Assembly: GCA_033763455.1 (NCBI GenBank)
Contig: JANRKO010000070.1
Span: 14,855-78,854, forward strand
Length of the DNA: 64,000 nucleotides
Reading direction: 5' to 3'
Origin: Polyangiaceae bacterium
GTDB lineage: Bacteria; Myxococcota_A; Polyangia; Polyangiales; Polyangiaceae
Under the pieces are notes generated by a model. That model searched no databases. It was not told where the DNA came from and saw nothing but the letters and a program-made list of their open reading frames with translations. The position numbers were made by a program, and so were the translations under genes. Shown here in pieces: positions 1 through 9,467 of this stretch (within the stretch, counting starts at the first letter, position 1; every line of letters starts with the position of its first letter).

Positions 1-149
1 CACAATCGCCCAGGTTACCCGCAAAAAAGAAGTGCGGCGTGCGCCGGAGTGCCCGAGCGTCGGCAAAAATCAGCTCTGAGTACTGCCATGTTGGGAGAAA
101 ATGCTATGGGAGGGACCCTTCAATCGCCCACGTAACACTTGGGATCCTC

Positions 150-1355
150 ATGTCGAACAGTCAAGCAGCCTTAGTTCAATCGGCACAACAGCATCTCTAC
201 CCCAATTATCGGCAGCCCCCGCTCGTGTTTGTACGCGGTGACGGCGCTGAGCTCTGGGATGCCGAGGGTAGGCGCTATCTGGATCTTTTCGCTGGCATCG
301 CGGTGAGCACCCTGGGGCACGCGCATCCACGTTTGGTGCGCGCGATCTCCGAGCAGGCTGGCAAGCTTATCCACCTTTCAAACTACTACTACAACGAGCC
401 CAACGTTCTTTTGGCGGCCAAGCTGTGCGCTCTTTCGGGGATGGATCGCGCGTTCTTCTGCAATTCGGGTACCGAGGCCATCGAAGCGTGTTTGAAGCTT
501 GTGCGGCACCACTTCTTTGGCAAAGGGGAAACTAACCGTTATCGGGTGATTGCCTTCGAGAATTCCTTCCACGGGCGCACACTCGGTGCCCTCGCGGCCA
601 CGGGTCAGAAGAAGTACCAAGAAGGCTTTGGCCCGTTGAGCGGCGTGACGCACGTGCCCTACGGAAACATTGAGCGCGTGCGCGAAGCCATGGGCGACGA
701 TGTCGCCGCAATCCTTTTGGAACCAATTCAAGGTGAAGGGGGCGTTCTTCCCGCCCCTACAGGTTTTCTACGCGCACTGCGCGACCTCACGACGCAGGCG
801 GGCGCGCTCCTCATTATGGATGAAGTCCAGACTGGCGTCGGGCGTTCTGGGCGCTTTCTAGCTTGCGAACATGATGGCGTACGGCCCGATGTTGTGGCCC
901 TTGCTAAAGCCCTAGGTGGAGGAGTGCCTATTGGAGCCATGTTGTGCACAAGCGCCCTTGAGGGTGCACTGCCACCCGGTACGCATGGTTCCACCTTTGG
1001 TGGCAATCCGCTGGCATCAGCGGCCGCGTTGGCCGTGCTCACAGCCATCACCGAAGACAAGCTCATGGAACGCGCTCACGCTTCCGGTGAATTCTTAACT
1101 GCGCGCCTGAACGCCGTGGCGGCACGCCACCCGAAGAAGGTGGAGCAAGTGCGGGGTCGGGGGCTCCTCCAGGGCCTGGTGCTCCGGGAAGGGTACGAGG
1201 CGCGCCAGGTTCTCGGCCCATTGAAAGATGCAGGGGTGCTGCTCACGGCAGCAGGCGATCGGGTGCTCCGCTTCACGCCTCCACTCACCATCAGCGAGTC
1301 CTTGCTGGACGAAGGCGTCAGCAAACTCGACCAAGTACTCGGGAGCCTAGCGTGA
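150..1355 (+). CDS. argD: Acetylornithine aminotransferase (class III PLP)
   Basis: YLDLFAGIAV, FHGRT, EPIQGEGG, DEVQTG, AKALGGG, HGSTFGGNPL motifs; next to argF; ATG at 150 preferred over GTG 39. Confidence 0.93.
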   Translation: MSNSQAALVQSAQQHLYPNYRQPPLVFVRGDGAELWDAEGRRYLDLFAGIAVSTLGHAHPRLVRAISEQAGKLIHLSNYYYNEPNVLLAAKLCALSGMDRAFFCNSGTEAIEACLKLVRHHFFGKGETNRYRVIAFENSFHGRTLGALAATGQKKYQEGFGPLSGVTHVPYGNIERVREAMGDDVAAILLEPIQGEGGVLPAPTGFLRALRDLTTQAGALLIMDEVQTGVGRSGRFLACEHDGVRPDVVALAKALGGGVPIGAMLCTSALEGALPPGTHGSTFGGNPLASAAALAVLTAITEDKLMERAHASGEFLTARLNAVAARHPKKVEQVRGRGLLQGLVLREGYEARQVLGPLKDAGVLLTAAGDRVLRFTPPLTISESLLDEGVSKLDQVLGSLA

Positions 1356-2269
1356 CACGGCACCTACTCAATCTGAGCGACCTCGGCAAACCTGGGCTTT
1401 GCTCCCTCCTTGATGCAGCGGATCGCTGGCAAAAGGGGCGTGGCCAGCCCGACGAGCTCCAGCCTCTGCGCGGAAAGTCCGTCGCGTTGCTGTTCGAAAA
1501 GGCTTCCACCCGTACGCGCATGTCGCTAGAGGTCGCTGTGGCCGAGCTCGGCGGACACCCCGTGTTTGTGAGCAATCTTTCCTCGCAGCTTGGCCGCGGA
1601 GAACCCATAGCTGATACCGCTCGCGTGCTTTCACGCATGGTGCACGCTATTACCTTTCGCACCACTTCAGAATCACGGCTGCGCGAAATGGCGAACAATA
1701 GCAGCATCCCCGTGCTGAACGCGCTCACAGATGTGAGCCACCCCATGCAGCTATTAGCTGATCTGCAAACGGTGCGGCGCGTTCACGGTACCCTTGAAGG
1801 CTTGAGTTACGCGTGGATTGGGGACGGCAACAACATGGCCAATTCATGGATCGAGGCGGCGGGTTTGCTTGGCCTCAGGCTTCGCCTCGCCTGCCCCGAA
1901 GGGTACGATCCCGATCCAGCATGGCTCCGCCTAGCCAAAGAGCGGGGCGCGGATGTAGAGGTTGTTCGGGATCCAGCACGTGCGGTCCTTGGCGCACACG
2001 TTGTGAGCACTGATGTGTTCGCGAGCATGGGTCAAGAAGAAGAACAAGAACAACGGATACGCGCCTTTGCAGGAATGCGGCTCACCCAGAAGCTCGTAGA
2101 TTTAGCGGATCCGAAGGTAATGGTGCTCCACTGCCTACCTGCGCATCGCGGCGAAGAGATCGACGCGGAAGTGCTCGAAGGGCCAAGAAGCTTCGTTTGG
2201 GATCAGGCCGAGGCACGGCTACACACTTCGAAAGCGGCGCTGTTGTGGTCGCTCGGGGTGCATGCCTGA
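1352..2269 (+). CDS. argF: Ornithine carbamoyltransferase
   Basis: FEKASTRTR, HPMQ, GDGNN, SMG and HCLP motifs; GTGA overlap with argD. Confidence 0.95.
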   Translation: MTRHLLNLSDLGKPGLCSLLDAADRWQKGRGQPDELQPLRGKSVALLFEKASTRTRMSLEVAVAELGGHPVFVSNLSSQLGRGEPIADTARVLSRMVHAITFRTTSESRLREMANNSSIPVLNALTDVSHPMQLLADLQTVRRVHGTLEGLSYAWIGDGNNMANSWIEAAGLLGLRLRLACPEGYDPDPAWLRLAKERGADVEVVRDPARAVLGAHVVSTDVFASMGQEEEQEQRIRAFAGMRLTQKLVDLADPKVMVLHCLPAHRGEEIDAEVLEGPRSFVWDQAEARLHTSKAALLWSLGVHA

Positions 2270-4514
2270 AGCAACGGTGCTGGAGGGTCCCGGGCCGAAA
2301 GGGCCACAGGCCCTCGCAGTGGGTTGCTGGCAGTGCGACAGCCCAGTAGATCCGCTGCGCGCGGCACGTGTAGCGTACATCAGCGACAGGTTTCGTTACT
2401 TCTGTAGTGCCGAATGTGAGCTCAATTTTCGGGCACATGGGCGCCCTCATCTCAAGAAGCAACGCCGTTCAGCTCCTCCCCTGGAGCCTCGCAAGGGAGT
2501 TGCGGTCGCCACGGATTTCCCTGCCCGAAGTGATTTCGCCAACGAAGGCCCAGCTATCGAGGCTCATCTCGACGAAGCAAGTTACGAGGGCGACGATCCC
2601 CACGCGGCGGAACGCCGCAGTGTGCTGCCGGTTGTTCCCGAAGGCACGGATGTCTCGAACCTGTTGCTTGCCCTCTCCGCACTCGGGGGCTGCCTGGCCA
2701 TCATTCTGCTTTTGGCCGGGAAATCTGGATCGCTCGAAACGGCGCGGGTTCTTTTGGCCGTTGCTGGGTTGGGTGCGCTTGCCGCGCAGTATCTGTTAAG
2801 ATCGCGTGATTTACTGGAGCCGCACCCGCTCGTCGCCCTGGGTGCCCCCACGGCTTCCGTTGTAACTGCCGTTGTTGCACGGCTCACGTTGCACCCTCTC
2901 ACTGCTTCGGCACTGAACCTCGCTGGCACGATCCTAGTGGCCCAGGCGGCCTCCATTTGGCTGGCCGGCAGAGTACGCCGAAAGCTCAGCGCGCAGCGCA
3001 ATCTGTTGGAAGCAAGCCTGAACGTTACATCCGAACGGGTTAACGGCGATGACCTCATCACGGTGCCAGCGCTTGAGCTTCGCCCCGGCGAAGAGATCTT
3101 GCTGCAAGCCGGCCAAACTTTGGCGGCTGACATTACGGTGGTTGCGGGTGAAGCCCAGGTGCTTCCTTGGTTGAACGCCAAACACGCGATTGCGTGCAAG
3201 AAGGGCGATACACTCGTTGCAGGGGCACGTGTGCTTGAGGGTCAGCTCCGTGCGGTCGTAGCCTGGGCTGGGGATGATCGCGCTTGGCTACGCCTCACTT
3301 CGGATCCGCGAAGGCGAGCTGATCTTCGCTCCGCAGTGCCACGTTTCGGGCGGCTCATCGGCGAACGGGGCGCCCCACTTGCTGCAGGCATAGCCGCCCT
3401 GCTTGCGTATGCTGCTACATCCGATGGCGTGGTCATCGGCTTGTATGCCGCAGCGGCGTTCTCTGCCCTCTCGAATGTTGCAGCCGTGCAGATTGCGGCC
3501 CTATTCGTAGGGCGCGGCGTATTTTTGGCGCTTGATAGTGGAATTGCATTTCGAAACCCAGAGGCCTTCGATCGCGCTTCCAAGGTAACAGCTGCGGTTT
3601 TTTGCGCCCGTGGCACTCTGCTCATGGGAGAGCCCGAAGTGGCCAACATCGAAGCCTTTGGAACCGCCCAGCCGGAACACGTGCTCGCGCTCGTTGCAGG
3701 CGCCCAATCCAGCTTCACCGATCCGATTGCACATGCTGTTTTGCGGGCCGCCAGGGCCCGCGGCATCCGACCCAACGCAGTCCGAGTGCCCATGCTAGCG
3801 CCCGGTCTTGGGGTCACGGCCGTAGCATCCGGAGGGGAGCCGCTGTGTGTTGGTAGCCGCGCGCTCATGTTGCGCGAACGCATCAGTATCGCGTTTGCGG
3901 AAAGCCGCATTTCGGACCTTGAGGCCATGGGCAGGAGCGTGCTTCTGGTGGCCCAGAGCCGGCATCTCATTGGGGCGGTTGGCCTGCAAGACGGCCTGCG
4001 CCCCGGTGCACGAGCCGCTGTCCAGCATCTGCTGGACGTGGGTGTCGAGCCAGTGCTGCTCTCCGCGGATTCACGTGATACCTGCGAAGCTCTGGGGCGA
4101 ACACTGGACATTGAACACATTCGCCCCGAGTTGCTCCCCACCGACGCGAGCGAGGCCGTTCATCGCCTAGCCGACGGCGGGGCAACCGTGGCAGTTGTGG
4201 GTAACAGCCCTGTGGATGATGCTTGCTTGAGCGCAGGTGAGGTGTCGATTGCGCTTGGCTCGGCAGGTTCCGGTACGGGCGAATGGAGCGTTCAGCTTGC
4301 CTCGGACGACGTTCGCGACGCAGCGTTTGCCGTACGAATTGCGCACCGGGCTCGCGAGCTGGCAACTCTGGGGATTATCACCTGTGCCGCCCCCGCAGCG
4401 CTTGTGGCCGTCGCGTCAACGCTCGGTTTGGTGCCGTTGGTGCTCGGGCCGCTCGTGGGCCTCACAGCTGTCAGCATTGCCCTCCTCCGCTTTCGCTCTT
4501 CCGGCTCCGGCTAG
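2262..4514 (+). CDS. Heavy-metal P1B-type ATPase-like membrane protein with N-terminal YHS/TRASH motif; catalytic motifs degenerate
   Basis: CWQC...YFCSAEC N-terminus, TM helices, A-domain-like LRPGEEI, VFCARGTL where VFDKTGTL is expected, PGLGV, DGLRP, GNSPVDD where GDGVND is expected. Confidence 0.8.
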   Translation: MPEATVLEGPGPKGPQALAVGCWQCDSPVDPLRAARVAYISDRFRYFCSAECELNFRAHGRPHLKKQRRSAPPLEPRKGVAVATDFPARSDFANEGPAIEAHLDEASYEGDDPHAAERRSVLPVVPEGTDVSNLLLALSALGGCLAIILLLAGKSGSLETARVLLAVAGLGALAAQYLLRSRDLLEPHPLVALGAPTASVVTAVVARLTLHPLTASALNLAGTILVAQAASIWLAGRVRRKLSAQRNLLEASLNVTSERVNGDDLITVPALELRPGEEILLQAGQTLAADITVVAGEAQVLPWLNAKHAIACKKGDTLVAGARVLEGQLRAVVAWAGDDRAWLRLTSDPRRRADLRSAVPRFGRLIGERGAPLAAGIAALLAYAATSDGVVIGLYAAAAFSALSNVAAVQIAALFVGRGVFLALDSGIAFRNPEAFDRASKVTAAVFCARGTLLMGEPEVANIEAFGTAQPEHVLALVAGAQSSFTDPIAHAVLRAARARGIRPNAVRVPMLAPGLGVTAVASGGEPLCVGSRALMLRERISIAFAESRISDLEAMGRSVLLVAQSRHLIGAVGLQDGLRPGARAAVQHLLDVGVEPVLLSADSRDTCEALGRTLDIEHIRPELLPTDASEAVHRLADGGATVAVVGNSPVDDACLSAGEVSIALGSAGSGTGEWSVQLASDDVRDAAFAVRIAHRARELATLGIITCAAPAALVAVASTLGLVPLVLGPLVGLTAVSIALLRFRSSGSG

Positions 4515-4600
4515 GCCAAGCGGCGTCTCATGGGCGATACGGCTCAGTCTGCTGGGGCGGATACTTGACGTAACGTAACCCATGCGGAATATCTAAAAGG

Positions 4601-5086
4601 GTGAAGCCAGGGGCAACTGTCGAAGCACCGAGCCGAGCCGAGGCGGAGCGCCTGAGGCGCGATCTCGACCAATACATGGCCGATCGGGGCCTCCGCTCCA
4701 CCGAGCAACGGCGGGCCATTATCGACGCGTTCTTCGACTCCACCGAACACATGTCGATCGACGATCTACTCGCGCGCGTTCGCTCCGAAGATCCGCGCGT
4801 CGGCTATGCCACCGTCTACCGCACGATGAAGATGCTCACCGAGAGCGGCGTGGCGCACGAGCACAAGTTTGGGGACGGCTTTACCCGTTACGAGCTGGGG
4901 GACGCCACCAACCACCATGACCACTTGATTTGCCTTTCATGCGGCAGCATCACAGAGTTCGAAGAGCCCCTGATCGAACAGCTCCAAGAGCGCGTTGCAG
5001 AGCGCTATCGCTTCCTAGTGCAAGAGCACAAGCACGAGCTCTATGGCGTTTGCGAAGCGTGCCAGAAAAAAACTCCGGCAACCTAA
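4601..5086 (+). CDS. fur: Fur-family metal-responsive transcriptional repressor
   Basis: GLRSTEQR, GYATVYRT, HHDHLICLSCG, YGVCEAC; metal specificity (Fur/Zur/PerR) not determinable. Confidence 0.9.
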   Translation: MKPGATVEAPSRAEAERLRRDLDQYMADRGLRSTEQRRAIIDAFFDSTEHMSIDDLLARVRSEDPRVGYATVYRTMKMLTESGVAHEHKFGDGFTRYELGDATNHHDHLICLSCGSITEFEEPLIEQLQERVAERYRFLVQEHKHELYGVCEACQKKTPAT

Positions 5087-5119
5087 CTCTGTATTTTCGC
5101 GTGCGCAACCGCCACCGAC

Positions 5120-5749
5120 CTAACCCTGCTGCACAACGATGACGTGTTTGTCCGTCACCACGAAATCACACGCCACATCTGTCGGAATGATAGGCAACTC
5201 CATCAACAACTGAAAATCATAAGCCACCACAGCACTCCTAGCCGGCGGGCAAAATTCCGGCAGTGTAACGTCGTAAAACCCGCTCCCGTAGCCCAGCCGA
5301 TGCCCACTCCCCGTCACTGCTAACGCCGGCACCACGATCAAATCTAGCTCTCCGTGTGCGAGAGCGCGCGCGAGCTCACTCGGCTCCAAAAAGCCGCGCC
5401 CCGCATCACTCATTTCCGAGACGCTCGCCACTTCAGCAAAGCCCGTACGAATCGTCTCGCCGTTGGGCCGAAGGAACGGATAGGCCACGCGCTTATTCTG
5501 GGAGCGTGCGTGAGCATCAAGGGCCCTCAAATCCACCTCACGCTTGCCCTCCATCGGCCAAAACAGCGCAACACTCGTTGCTTCCTGGTAAGCGGGAAGC
5601 TGGAGCAACTGCTCAACAATCGACTCACTGCGCTTCAACATCGCGGCCTCAGGATAGGCCGTGCGTAAAGAGCGCATGCGCTTGCGGATTTGCTGCTTGG
5701 CGCGCACCGTCAGTTGTTCGAGCTCTTCGGGCGAAAAACCGTGTTCCAC
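5120..5749 (-). CDS. 5-formyltetrahydrofolate cyclo-ligase
   Basis: KQQIRKRM, EVDL, DLIVVPALA, RLGYGSGFYD, PTDVACDFVVT; GTG 5749 chosen as start (uncertain). Confidence 0.9.
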   Translation of the reverse strand: MEHGFSPEELEQLTVRAKQQIRKRMRSLRTAYPEAAMLKRSESIVEQLLQLPAYQEATSVALFWPMEGKREVDLRALDAHARSQNKRVAYPFLRPNGETIRTGFAEVASVSEMSDAGRGFLEPSELARALAHGELDLIVVPALAVTGSGHRLGYGSGFYDVTLPEFCPPARSAVVAYDFQLLMELPIIPTDVACDFVVTDKHVIVVQQG

Positions 5750-5906
5750 GGGGGTGCTCTTAGCACCCTCGGAGTGTTTGGGGAGAAGGAATGCGGAGGG
5801 GAGCTTTATGCAGTAATCATGCCCCGTAAGAAGTTTGACGCGTGCGCCGTCGGCGCGCAATGGTCTAGCTTTGTTAGGGCTCACCGACGCATAGTTGTCC
5901 GACACC

Positions 5907-6434
5907 ATGGCCATTGCCTACCGGCGCATCTACATCCTTGCAGGGCCGAACGGCGCGGGTAAGACTACGTTTGCGCGTGAATTTCTTGTGAGCGAAGGTG
6001 AATGTCCTGTGTTCATCAATGCAGACCTCATTGCCGAAGGTGTTTCACCATTCGCTCCCGAACGTGCTGCCGTGCGGGCGGGGCGGATCATGCTGGACCT
6101 GATGGAGGAAAGTGTTCGCCGTGGTGAGAGCTTCGCGTTTGAAACAACGCTGGCGAGCCGCGGCTACGCTAGGTCCATTGCCCAATGGCACACGGCTGGT
6201 TACAAAGTGGTTCTGCATTTTCTTTCGTTGCCTTCAGCAGATTTCGCGGTGGCACGAGTTGCGCAGCGCGTTCGCCAGGGAGGCCACAGTATTCCTGAGA
6301 CCACAATTCGTAGGCGCTTCGCCGCTGGGCGGCACAACTTCGATCACCTGTACAAGGATCTTGTGGATAGTTGGACATTGTACGACGGAGCCGGCGATCA
6401 ACCGATTATTTTGGGGCATGGAGGCAACTCATGA
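5907..6434 (+). CDS. Zeta-toxin-like P-loop kinase/ATPase (COG4185-type)
   Basis: YILAGPNGAGKTT, FINADLIA, SFAFETTL, RVRQGGHSIPE. Confidence 0.85.
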   Translation: MAIAYRRIYILAGPNGAGKTTFAREFLVSEGECPVFINADLIAEGVSPFAPERAAVRAGRIMLDLMEESVRRGESFAFETTLASRGYARSIAQWHTAGYKVVLHFLSLPSADFAVARVAQRVRQGGHSIPETTIRRRFAAGRHNFDHLYKDLVDSWTLYDGAGDQPIILGHGGNS

Positions 6435-6679
6435 CGGCTAAGAACCTACCCGATGTGAATTCGTCGGAGTTCACTGATCCCGAAGTTCTTGGCGCACTTG
6501 CAGCTCTCCGCCGCGCCCGAAAGAGAGCAGAAGAAATTGCCACTGCAACCGGCACTGCACTCGTACAGCAGATCGATGGCAAGCTCGTGTTGGTGTATCC
6601 GAAGCCTGCAGTGAATAGAGTGCCCGACGAAACGAGCGCCGATAGCGGCGTCGATAACGCAAAACGCATCCCCCGTTGA
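6431..6679 (+). CDS. Small protein coupled to zeta-like ATPase (putative antitoxin partner)
   Basis: ATGA overlap; ALRRARKRAEEIA..GTALVQQIDGKLV pattern of small partners of this ATPase family. Confidence 0.6.
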   Translation: MTAKNLPDVNSSEFTDPEVLGALAALRRARKRAEEIATATGTALVQQIDGKLVLVYPKPAVNRVPDETSADSGVDNAKRIPR

Positions 6680-6683
6680 GCCC

Positions 6684-7748
6684 TCAAAGCCGAGAAATCC
6701 AAGCTCCGAGCTCAGCTGCGCTCACTACCTTGCCCGAAACCACATACGTAGGTGTTCCCTGAAAACCACGCATGAGCGCCTCGTCAGACTCACGTTCGGC
6801 ACGCTCCAGCGTGCTCTTCCGTACCAGACAGCTGCGTAGCCGAGCAGGCTCTAACCCAATATCTCGGGCTGCTTCCGCTTCATCTACTCGCCCCTTCCCC
6901 GATGCGTGAGCAAACAGCCAGCGATCGGCTTGCCAGAATCTACCTTGCTCCTCAGCACAATAGGCTAACCTCAATGGCTGACAGAGATTGGCAGTCACAC
7001 AACGTGTACGAGGAAACTGCCTGCGCACCACGCGCAGCTCGCGAGAATGCCGCACCACTTGCTCCAACAGCCGGCTCGCGTGGATGCGGCACACCGGGCA
7101 ACTGTAATCCGTGAATTCCTCCACCGTGAGCTTCGGCGCAGCGGCGCCATACCACGCGTGCCCCTCGAACGTTTTGCCGGTAGGAAGCAGCACCTCCGAC
7201 TTCCAATTGTAGAGCTCGAAGTAGCGCGGAGCAAAAGCGTAGAACGCGATAACCACCCCTAGCGGGAGCGCAAAGAGGTACACCAATGTGTCCCTCGGAT
7301 CTCGCGGCAACATCCACGCCGAACCGGCCCTCCACACCGCGACGCCCAAGCCGAGCGCCACGGCATGCACCGCCTCGCAGAGGAGGCACACCGAGCCCAC
7401 CCAAAAGATCTCGATCCCCAAGAACGCCAACGACGCGAACACCGCCGCACCCGCAAGCCACCGTAACCACGCCGAACGCAACCAAGCGGCCACCAGGATC
7501 GAAAAGAAGCCGAGAGCGCCCAGCATTGGCACCGGCAGCCCAAGCACCACCGAATAGGGGCTCAGCGCCACGCGCGTGCAATCCAACGTGGAATTCACGG
7601 AGCAAAAGCTAGCCGCATCAGGCCGCACATAAGCTCGAATGTGCAACACCTCGAGCACCAGCGAGAAACCCAACCCAACCGTTGCTAAAACCAACGGTAC
7701 TCGAAGCGGATGCGCACGGAACTCTGATAGCCAATCTTTCTCTGACAT
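6684..7748 (-). CDS. VKOR-DsbA (thioredoxin-fold) fusion, disulfide bond formation
   Basis: VKOR loop FCSVNSTLDC..V..SPYS, CLLC in TM helix; C-terminal EFTDYSCPVC and GTPT. Confidence 0.88.
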   Translation of the reverse strand: MSEKDWLSEFRAHPLRVPLVLATVGLGFSLVLEVLHIRAYVRPDAASFCSVNSTLDCTRVALSPYSVVLGLPVPMLGALGFFSILVAAWLRSAWLRWLAGAAVFASLAFLGIEIFWVGSVCLLCEAVHAVALGLGVAVWRAGSAWMLPRDPRDTLVYLFALPLGVVIAFYAFAPRYFELYNWKSEVLLPTGKTFEGHAWYGAAAPKLTVEEFTDYSCPVCRIHASRLLEQVVRHSRELRVVRRQFPRTRCVTANLCQPLRLAYCAEEQGRFWQADRWLFAHASGKGRVDEAEAARDIGLEPARLRSCLVRKSTLERAERESDEALMRGFQGTPTYVVSGKVVSAAELGAWISRL

Positions 7749-7935
7749 GGGCCTTGGCTCGTTCCTTATTCCAGGATGCCGGATGAAAGCCTCAAGAACA
7801 AATCCGATCGAAGGAGTTCGAGAATGCGGGGCTTCTAATAATCATTACCGCTCTTGTCGATCGTCATCACGTACAACGACAGGAAGTTCCAGAATCGGGG
7901 CTTACGCCCCCCATGGTAGATATTTTAGGCAATTC

Positions 7936-7967
7936 TTGACTGACTCATATAGCGAGTCATTATGAGT
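7936..7967 (+). promoter_or_regulatory. Promoter/operator of vapBC module
   Basis: TTGACT at 7936 followed by inverted repeat TGACTC-N7-GAGTCA (7941-7959) just upstream of the antitoxin. Confidence 0.55.
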
Positions 7968-7970
7968 TAC

Positions 7971-8246
7971 ATGGCGCCTCACCAGAATCAGCTTACGCTG
8001 CGCGGCCTGGATCCCCGAGTCGAAGCGGAAATCCGCCGCGTGGCGAGAAGCCAAGGCATCTCTTTGAACAAGGCGGCGCTCCGTCTTCTCGAGCGGGGAG
8101 CAGGCATTGACGCGCCTGTAGAGCAGGAACGCCAGATAGGAAGCTCGCTGGATCGGTTCATTGGCGTCTGGAGCGCCCGAGAGGCCAGCACCTTTGAGCG
8201 CGCGATCAGATCCGTAGAACGAGTGGATAAGGATTTTTGGGAGTGA
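7971..8246 (+). CDS. Ribbon-helix-helix antitoxin (VapB/FitA-like)
   Basis: QLTLRGLD..IRRVARSQGISLNK; GTGA overlap with PIN toxin; alternative start 7962. Confidence 0.75.
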   Translation: MAPHQNQLTLRGLDPRVEAEIRRVARSQGISLNKAALRLLERGAGIDAPVEQERQIGSSLDRFIGVWSAREASTFERAIRSVERVDKDFWE

Positions 8247-8632
8247 TCCGTCTGCTTGACACGAACGCGTACGTCGCCTTGCTCAAGGGAGATAGCAAGG
8301 TGGCCAGCTTGGTACGGGTCTCCGAGCAGTTGGTCCTATCAATGGTCGTTGTTGGAGAGCTCTTGTATGGGTTTCGCCACGGCAATCGGTACGAAGAGAA
8401 TGCATCACTGCTGGATGATTTTCTGAGCGAGCCCCGGGTGAGCGTGCTTGCGGTAACTCGCACAACGGCCGATCGCTTCGGGAGGATTGCGGCAGCACTC
8501 CGCAAAGCAGGGACACCAATCCCAACGAACGATATCTGGATCGCGGCGCACACTTTCGAGAGTGGCGCAGAGCTTCTGACGTACGACCGGCATTTTGAGC
8601 GGGTCCCGGGCTTGCCGGCGCTCGTGCTCTGA
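8243..8632 (+). CDS. vapC: VapC PIN-domain ribonuclease toxin
   Basis: LLDTNAY, GELLYG, PIPTNDIWIAA, LLTYDRHF. Confidence 0.92.
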   Translation: MIRLLDTNAYVALLKGDSKVASLVRVSEQLVLSMVVVGELLYGFRHGNRYEENASLLDDFLSEPRVSVLAVTRTTADRFGRIAAALRKAGTPIPTNDIWIAAHTFESGAELLTYDRHFERVPGLPALVL

Positions 8633-8760
8633 TCGGGGTCACGGTTTGCCGAGGCTGGCCCAGCATTTGGCATATTTTCCAAGCTTTCGCACCTTCGCGG
8701 TTCCCTCCGATACGCGGCCGAGCACGTGCCTCACGCCGCCCAACCAACAACGGAGATCCC

Positions 8761-9024
8761 ATGCGAACCATGCGAACCCTTGGTATTGTTCCAGCCCTTT
8801 GGCTCTTGTCCGCTCCACTACACGCCCAACCAAAGCATCGCTCGGACAGCCGAGAAGCTGCAGCACATTCACCCTACGTCTTCGACGACGAGCTCATGCA
8901 AGGAAACAGCGTATTTCCAAAGGGACAGATCATCGAAGTACGCCCGCTCAAGGGACGCGCATTTCTGATCCGCCCACGCGGCGATTTCCTTCAAGAATTG
9001 CGGAAGAGTGTTGAAGATATCTAG
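8761..9024 (+). CDS. Small secreted CglF/GltF-like protein
   Basis: Signal peptide ending PLHA; YVFDDELMQG...LIRPRGDFLQELRKSVEDI resembles the myxobacterial CglF pattern. Confidence 0.6.
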   Translation: MRTMRTLGIVPALWLLSAPLHAQPKHRSDSREAAAHSPYVFDDELMQGNSVFPKGQIIEVRPLKGRAFLIRPRGDFLQELRKSVEDI

Positions 9025-9467
9025 GTATCACGGGGACCAGAAGTTGCGGCCGCTGGCTGGAGCGCTTTGACCAGCATTGCCCCCAGATCTGCGAGATCAT
9101 CCCGGTTCTCGGTAAGGATCCGGTACACCACTTCCGGATCGATCCGATCATACAGGTGCACCACTCGGTTGCGAAAGCCGACAATCGGAGCGAAGCGCCG
9201 CGCGGAGCCTGCCGGAAGTAGGCTTGCTGCTTCAAGCTTCTCAAGCGTGTCAAGGCTAGTGCGCGGAATACCGAGGCCGCGCACTGAAACGATGTAGCTA
9301 GCGATGTCAATCAACGCTTGAATCGTTGTTTGCAATCGATGCAGGGCACTATCCAGGTTGCGAAAGTCGGCGCCAAATTCCGCATAAGAACCCTGCGGCA
9401 GCTCATTCAACCGCTCCAGGTTTCTCCGCACAATCTCAAACTTTGCTAAAATTCCATCTTCGGTCAT
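9021..9467 (-). CDS. hepT: HEPN (HepT/DUF86) RNase toxin
   Basis: GFRNRVVHLY = R-X4-H-X-Y; ATGA overlap with MNT gene. Confidence 0.88.
   Translation of the reverse strand: MTEDGILAKFEIVRRNLERLNELPQGSYAEFGADFRNLDSALHRLQTTIQALIDIASYIVSVRGLGIPRTSLDTLEKLEAASLLPAGSARRFAPIVGFRNRVVHLYDRIDPEVVYRILTENRDDLADLGAMLVKALQPAAATSGPRDT

Noticed and set aside
5750..5906. 6S RNA upstream of 5-formyl-THF cyclo-ligase
   Set aside because: Only a short GGGTGCT/AGCACCC hairpin; no long rod with central bubble visible
7836..7847. Fur-box-like TAATAATCATTA
   Set aside because: Only a partial match to the 19-bp box; insufficient alone
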